A stretch of 64,000 bases of DNA from Sulfurimonas sp. GTDB taxonomy: Bacteria; Campylobacterota; Campylobacteria; Campylobacterales; Sulfurimonadaceae. A program made the position numbers and the translations under genes. This document shows positions 58,357-64,000 of this stretch, piece after piece. Within the stretch, counting starts at the first letter, position 1; each line of letters begins with the position of its first letter. Below the pieces are notes generated by a model that worked only from the letters and a program-made list of their open reading frames with translations, did not search any database and had not been told where the DNA came from. Where the stretch lies: positions 28,284-92,283 of the forward strand of contig PPDH01000042.1 of the NCBI GenBank assembly GCA_002899765.1, read 5' to 3'.

Positions 58357-59408
58357 TGAGTTTTTTAGTATCTTTAATAGTAATATCCGCACTTATCTTT
58401 TTTCACGAACTCGGTCACTACTTTGCAGCTCGTGCAATGGGTGTGTATGTAGAAGTTTTCAGCATAGGTTTTGGACGAAAAATAGCCTCGTTTAAAAGAT
58501 GGGGAACTTAGTGGAAAATAGCAGTAATCCCTCTTGGGGGATATGTGAAAATGAAAGGTCAGGATGACAGCGACCCTACGAGGAAGAGTTATGATGAAGA
58601 CAGCTACAATGTAAAAACACCTTCGCAAAAGATTTTTATCCTGCTTGCAGGTCCATTGGCAAATTTTGTTTTGGCTTTTTTGCTCTACTTTGTTATCGCT
58701 CTTGGCGGACCAAATATCCTCTCTCCCGTGATAGGAAATGTAGTAAAAGATTCTCCCGCTTTCGTTGCAGGTTTGGAGACAAACGACACCATACGCTCCA
58801 TAAACGGTACTTTGATTACTACATGGAAAGAGATGGCAGAGGTTATAGAAACATCTGAGGGTCAGCTGAATTTTGAGATTGAGAGAGCGGGTCGTCTTTA
58901 CTTTATAGCACTTTCGCCAAAAATAACACAAACCACAAATATGTTTAATGAAGTGATAGAAAAAAAGATGATTGGCATAGGAAGTGCGGGAGTTTCGCAT
59001 AAACTTGAACTCGGTATGGGAGAAACACTCTCTTATGCAAGTGAGCAGACTGCCTTTGCTTCTACTTTGATATTTACGGTACTTAAAAAACTCATAGTAG
59101 GAGAAGTTCCCGCAAACGAGCTTGGCGGGATAATCTCCATAGTAAAACTGACATCGGATGCAACCGATGCAGGCTGGATGAGCGTTCTGTTTTTTGCCGC
59201 ACTCATCTCCGTAAACTTGGGGGTTTTAAACCTTCTTCCTATTCCTGCGCTCGATGGCGGACATATCATGTTTAACCTCTATGAGCTTATTTTTAGACGT
59301 GAGGTAAACGAAGAGATTATGGTAAAATTAACCATTGCGGGCTGGGTGATACTTTTTTCACTTATGGGGCTTGGACTGTATAACGATATAAATAGACTGG
59401 TGGGGTAA
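58356..59408 (+). pseudogene. rseP: RseP/site-2 zinc metalloprotease (M50), interrupted by an in-frame TAG at 58509-58511
   Basis: The ATG at 58356 (TAATG overlap with pgsA) gives MSFLVSLIVISALIFFHELGHYFAARAMGVYVEVFSIGFGRKIASFKRWGT*WKIAVIPLGGYVKM.... This is contiguous with ORF 58545-59408 in the same frame. HELGH and the C-terminal NLLPIPALDGGH motifs are both present. Confidence 0.8.
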
Positions 59409-59410
59409 AA

Positions 59411-60097
59411 ATGAAAACCGAAATGAATGATGAAGAGTACAAAATCTATATTGACGACATAATAAGAAGAGTAGAGTTTGCAAGAGTAAGATTTGATGAA
59501 AAACATATAGTTAAAATCGTAGCAATAAGCAAATACTCTAACGCAGATGAGATAGCTAAACTCTACCGCATAGGACAACGTGCCTTTGGCGAAAACAAGG
59601 TGCAGGATCTGCGCGCAAAAAGCAGCGAGCTTGAAGATTTGCCGCTTGAGTGGCACTTTGTGGGAAATCTTCAAAAAAACAAGATAAACAACCTGCTAGA
59701 TATAAACCCCGCTCTTTTTCATGCGCTGGATTCGCTAGAACTTGCACATGAGTTGCAAAAAAAGTTAGAAGCAAGAGAGATGACTCTTGAAGCGCTTCTT
59801 CAGATAAACTCCGCAAAAGAGGAGTCCAAACACGGCGTAATGCCCGAAGATGCGGTTGCGATTTATAACCAGATAAAAAAAGAGTGTCCGAATATTCACT
59901 TAAGAGGCGTTATGAGCATCGGCGCACACACCGAAGATAAAGCGGTAATAAAAAAGAGTTTTGAGACTACTTACGGCATCTACAAACAATTAGAAGGCGC
60001 AACAATCTGCTCCATGGGAATGATCGGCGACTTTGAACTAGCTATCGAGTGCGGCTCCAACATGGTAAGGCTTGGTTCTTTGATGTTTAATAAGTAA
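59411..60097 (+). CDS. yggS: YggS-family pyridoxal-phosphate homeostasis protein
   Basis: 228 aa with VAISKY (the PLP Lys context), FGENKVQ, WHFVGNLQKNK and MSIG. Confidence 0.85.
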   Translation: MKTEMNDEEYKIYIDDIIRRVEFARVRFDEKHIVKIVAISKYSNADEIAKLYRIGQRAFGENKVQDLRAKSSELEDLPLEWHFVGNLQKNKINNLLDINPALFHALDSLELAHELQKKLEAREMTLEALLQINSAKEESKHGVMPEDAVAIYNQIKKECPNIHLRGVMSIGAHTEDKAVIKKSFETTYGIYKQLEGATICSMGMIGDFELAIECGSNMVRLGSLMFNK

Positions 60098-60100
60098 CTT

Positions 60101-60194
60101 CTGCCGCATCATTGCAAGTTCCCACTCTGTCATTGAGATTGCCGCGCTTGTCATTGCGAGGCTTTAGCCGCGGCAATCTCTAAGTGCGGCAATC
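60101..60194. repeat. Composite cluster of GTCATTGCGAG/GCAATC elements (copy C) forming a strong hairpin; probable bidirectional terminator
   Basis: CATCATTGCAAG, GTCATTGAGATTGCCGCGC, GTCATTGCGAGGCTTTAGCCGCGGCAATC and GTGCGGCAATC occur in series. There is a perfect 12-bp inverted repeat GAGATTGCCGCG (60135-60146) / CGCGGCAATCTC (60169-60180). Confidence 0.7.
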
Positions 60195-60648
60195 AAATCT
60201 TTAAAAATTCTCTAAAATTATGAATAATATACTCTTTTGTTATTTTTTCTTTTGTCTCTTTTAGCTTTTTTAGTCTTTGAGAGAGTATATATTTCTCTAC
60301 TATATTTAAATTCTTTATTTTGTTATAAATAGTAATAATAAACTCAAAATCTTTATTCATATCTTCTGCGCATGATTCTACAAACAACTTTTCTATATCC
60401 TTGGTATCTTGTAGTTCAAAAATTTTACCATATATATAAAATATTTCTTCATATGTAAATAGAGGTTTTATAGATTCTTTTGCATATTTTTCTAAGACTA
60501 TATTTATCTCTCTAAGTTTATCGGCGTTATCACTCTCTTTTTTATAGCTAAACAGATATGCATAAAGATTGGGCTTGCTTTTTTTCCAGTTACGCAGAGT
60601 AGCTCTTGATACTTCAAATTTATTTACGATATCTTTTATCTGTATCAA
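60193..60648 (-). CDS. Small HTH (MerR/excisionase-like) DNA-binding protein, lineage-specific
   Basis: 151 aa. The N-terminal IKDIVNKFEVSRATLRNWKK is a helix-turn-helix motif. The gene is very AT-rich and flanked by a 318-bp extremely AT-rich spacer. Confidence 0.5.
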   Translation of the reverse strand: MIQIKDIVNKFEVSRATLRNWKKSKPNLYAYLFSYKKESDNADKLREINIVLEKYAKESIKPLFTYEEIFYIYGKIFELQDTKDIEKLFVESCAEDMNKDFEFIITIYNKIKNLNIVEKYILSQRLKKLKETKEKITKEYIIHNFREFLKI

Positions 60649-60966
60649 ATTATTTATCCTTTTAGTTTATACAAAATGATACATTTAAAATAATTAGACA
60701 AAAAATATCCATAAATCTAGGTTATACTAAACTATTTAACATCATTTTAATAAATTTATAAATATTATTGGCAATATATGAAATATTTTATATTGCTCAA
60801 TTTTATTTATTAAAAAAGACAAAGGAGAATAAATAATTATTAGTTAGATTATACACGGCGTACTTTATAATATATATGTAACATTTTTTATATCTATGTA
60901 CTACACAAATTAAAAAGATTATAAAATGTAACGCTAAATATAACATTTAATGTTTAATATACACAA

Positions 60967-61644
60967 ATGCAAAAGATAAAAATATTAATAATAGAAGATG
61001 CAAGAACTCAAGCTATGAAACTAAAGAGTCTATTAGAATCGACAGGCTATAAAGTAGTCGGTGTTGCATCCGACTCCAATACCGCGATTGCTTTTGTAAA
61101 ATCTACAAATATTGACATTATTATTACGGATATACAGATTAAAGGCGAACTAAACGGCATCCAAGCCATAGAATTAATTCACAAAACAAGAGAAATACCT
61201 ACGATTTTTCTTACTGCTTTTCATGATGATGCCATATTAAGAGAAGTTTCTAAAGTGAATTTTACAGGTTATATAGTAAAACCCTATCTTGATGAGCAGC
61301 TGCTAAGAGAAGTTAGACTCGCTACTCTTCGCTATGGGTTAGAAAATATTAAAGCAGTTACCGAAATAGGAAACGGTTATCATTTTAATCAAAACGAAAG
61401 AAATCTCTACTGCTGCGACAAGATTATTGAACTTACAAAGCAAGAGCTAGCACTGATGCAGCTACTTATACAAAATATCGGGCAAGTTGTGACTATGGAG
61501 GCTGTTGAATTGATGCTTTGGTATGACAAAGCCGTAAGTGAGAGTAGCCGTAGACAGCTGCTCTTTAGACTAAAAGCAAAGATTCATGGACTTAATATAG
61601 AAACGGTTAAAGGTGTAGGTTACAAACTTCATAAAGAAGTTTAG
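60967..61644 (+). CDS. Orphan OmpR-type response regulator (REC plus winged helix)
   Basis: 225 aa with ILIIEDA, ITDIQIKGELNG, YIVKPY and a C-terminal VKGVGYKL. No kinase gene is adjacent. Confidence 0.8.
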   Translation: MQKIKILIIEDARTQAMKLKSLLESTGYKVVGVASDSNTAIAFVKSTNIDIIITDIQIKGELNGIQAIELIHKTREIPTIFLTAFHDDAILREVSKVNFTGYIVKPYLDEQLLREVRLATLRYGLENIKAVTEIGNGYHFNQNERNLYCCDKIIELTKQELALMQLLIQNIGQVVTMEAVELMLWYDKAVSESSRRQLLFRLKAKIHGLNIETVKGVGYKLHKEV

Positions 61645-61859
61645 TCGCTTCCTATTTTACATGTTATCTTTTTGGAAACGAGGTTGAAACCTCGTCAACG
61701 ACGAAGCTAAAGTATCACTTCCAAACAACAATATTTCACACATTAACATCTTGACTAATTTCTTTACAAATTAAACTAATATAACACTGGATATAACGAT
61801 GGATGAGTAAACTACCCTGTTTATCAAACTAAAAATCAAATACAAGGCAGGATTAAGTT

Positions 61860-64000
61860 ATGGAAGAAAGCAAGTTACTTTTAGCGGAGTTGTACACGGC
61901 ATACTTTAATAGAGCGCCTGATGCGGCAGGGTTGGCGTATTGGGTAGGTGAACTAGAGGGCGGCGTTATGAACTTTGACCAAATAGCTTCAAACTGGGCA
62001 AATGAGCAACCGGAATTTACCGATACTTATGGTGAAGATGTTGATAGCGACGCGCTAATCACTCAAGTATATGCAAATGTACTAGGACGAGAACCTGACG
62101 TTGATGGTGCAGCTTACTGGAGTGCAGAGCTATCAAATTGAAACATTCCTATGAATCAGTTTATTCAAGCTATAGTCAACGGCGCAAAAGCAGCTAGCGG
62201 AAGCGCGAGCGATGCAACACTTCTAAGCAATAAGGCTCAAGTCGGTGTAGCAATGGCAGATAGCGGCATAAATGATTTGGCTTTTGCTGCGCAAGTTGTT
62301 GCAACAGTAACGGCAGACCAAAGCACGGTCGGTATAGTTGAGAGTATTATAACTATGGCAGCGGCTGATACGGCTGGACTTGCAAATGCAACGTCAACAC
62401 TAGCGTCAGTTCAAGTTATCTTAGCAGATACTGATTCAGCAGCTACTCTTACGACAACTCTAGCAAATCTTAAGACCGTTATGCAAAACCTAACAGAAGA
62501 TATAACAGCGGGTACAGTAACAGATATCGCTGCTACTCTAACTGCGGCAACAGCGACGGTAGAAGCAGCGACAAAAGATGCATCGTTTGTAGCGGAGCCT
62601 GAAACACTTGCAAATAGTATAGCAACTAATCCGAGCGCGGTTGAAGAGAGTGCTGCTGCGGTTGTCGAAGAGGCTGCTACTCCTACTGAATCTACAACAC
62701 CGACGACTACTCCTTCAAGCTGCGGAAGTTCAACGCCTGCTCCGACTTTTACGGTAACAAATACGGAAGATTTCATAACATTCGGCGGAACTGCGACGGG
62801 AGATATCTCGATGAGTATAACTGATGATGTTGCTACATTTACAAGAGGCGGCATTGATGCGACGACGACTGCTGCTCTTGGCGGTACTGATGCTATCGCA
62901 GGAATTACCGTTGCTAGCGGACAAACACTAGCGGACACTGCGGCTGATTTGACTGGATTGACAATTGACGGTGAGGGAACCGTTAATGTAACTGCACTTG
63001 AAGATACTTTAGATGCCGATTTATCGGGGATTACGGCTACTACGGTTACGGCGACAGTAGTAGGGACAGACATAAGCACTCCATTAAATATGGAAACAAA
63101 CTTTGGAAAAGCTGTAGTTACGCTTACTGAGGGTTCAATCGATATTGCAGGGCTGGTAACATTAGGCACTGCCTCTTTCATTGTGGATGCAGGGGCAACG
63201 CTTAGAGTTGAGCAGAGTCTTATAAGCGGGCTTAATGTAACAGGTGAGGGTAATGTCTACGCAAATTTTGATGGTACTAATAATGATGCCGATTTATCTA
63301 ATGTACAGGTTGAAGGTGGAACCTCTGCAATAGTCATAGGTAATGCTGATCTTTCACAAAACACCACTTTGGATAATGTTAATGCCTTTAGTGTTTGGGA
63401 GACAAATTACACTCTTACTCTGACTGCAGAACAAGCAGCTAATGCACAGATTGTTAATGTTGGTAGTGTGATTATAAAAGATATCGATAGTACCACAGAC
63501 TTTTCAAATTTAATTGTTGCAGATACTCTAGCTGCTGTAGAAGGAGTTGTAGCTACTACTGTTAATCTTAGCAGTGTAGATCTATCTAAACTGACTGCTC
63601 TTACAGTTGACGATGAAGCAGATACTGTAGTCACGGCTACGGTAACCCCTGAACAATACGCAGCGTTAGTCGGAAAAGTCACACTGGGTACTAATGATAC
63701 ACTGGTTTCTACAGATACAGACATCCCGACTTCGACTATTGCTTCAGCTGCATTTGATGAGAACACAGGCACTTTCACACTAACAGGTACAAATTTTAAT
63801 ACCATCTTAGAAACTACGGAAGATGCCACAACCGATGTAAAAGCGAGACTTGACTGGAACAAACTGAGCTGGGATATAAACGGCGACGATGATTCTACGA
63901 CAAATGTAAGTTTTGCAGTAAGCGATATCGGCTCCGCAAAAGTTACAGATGCGACTACGCTTACAATCACGCTGACAAATACAAAAACAGCGGCACTCAT
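61860..64000 (+). pseudogene. Giant repetitive Thr/Ala/Asp-rich surface or secreted protein with N-terminal DUF4214 repeats. It runs off the window end and carries an in-frame TGA at 62139-62141.
   Basis: I translated the ATG 61860 frame codon by codon. Apart from the TGA at 62139-62141 it is open to nt 64000 (more than 710 codons). The peptide across the stop reads ...GREPDVDGAAYWSAELSN*NIPMNQFIQAIVNGAKA (DUF4214 pattern). The downstream part is absent from the ORF track only because it has no stop inside the window. Confidence 0.7.

Noticed and set aside
58374-59000. 208-aa minus-strand ORF
   Set aside because: It lies entirely antisense to rseP, whose plus-strand frame carries the HELGH, PLGGYVKM and LDGGH motifs. 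The minus-strand peptide has no recognisable features and atypical Cys/Tyr/Phe-rich composition.
61677-61692. Hairpin CGAGGTT-GA-AACCTCG downstream of the orphan response regulator as a terminator
   Set aside because: The stem is short with a minimal loop, and no U-tract follows on either strand. That is insufficient for a confident terminator call.
62411-64000. Two long minus-strand ORFs (62411-63181 and 63407-64000) rich in Ser/Val/Ala/Thr
   Set aside because: They are antisense to a continuously open plus-strand frame with recognisable DUF4214 and adhesin-like repeats. Their low-complexity composition is what the reverse complement of a Thr/Ala/Asp-rich gene produces. The plus-strand ORF is missing from the track only because it has no stop within the window.

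Overview
This is an AT-rich, densely coding, mostly housekeeping chromosomal window. Gene content and style point to a Campylobacterota (epsilonproteobacterial) organism, perhaps Sulfurimonas-like. The clues are cheV, short ExbB/ExbD, ATGA/TAATG gene overlaps, TATAAT-only promoters, and a pyrD / M16 peptidase / dapA / SDR gene order. All calls come from reading the supplied translations and the DNA by eye, with no database search. I support about 58 protein genes and found no rRNA, tRNA, CRISPR array or obvious transposon or prophage. Recognisable genes include oadA/oadB, cheV, argD, pilT, gatC, a Xer recombinase, polA, a PAS histidine kinase with its response regulator, nrdD/nrdG, tonB, exbB/exbD, a TonB-dependent receptor, an NDH-2-like flavoprotein, pyrD, dapA, a hemD-like gene, hsp20, a Crp/Fnr regulator, cysS, pgsA, rseP and yggS. 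The window ends in the 5' part of a giant repetitive surface protein. Four things deserve a second look. (1) A roughly 13 kb same-strand cluster (29468-42825) joins a TonB-dependent receptor, ExbB/ExbD and TonB to two UreH/DsbD_2- and NosL/DUF4198-type metal-handling modules, two NapH-like membrane polyferredoxins, an HgdB/HgdC-type (double-cubane/archerase-like) ATP-driven reductase pair and an orphan RND pump. (2) The class III ribonucleotide reductase locus is unusual: the glycyl-radical motif sits on a separate 50-codon ORF that is not in the ORF track, and nrdG has a TGA exactly where the first Cys of the CX3CX2C radical-SAM motif belongs. (3) Six otherwise intact conserved genes (oadA, nrdG, exbB, an RlmI-like methyltransferase, rseP, the giant adhesin) each carry a single in-frame stop codon. 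All four TGA cases have an in-frame ATG 1-3 codons downstream. (4) A GTCATTGCGAG...GCAATC hairpin repeat family sits just downstream of three gene 3' ends.
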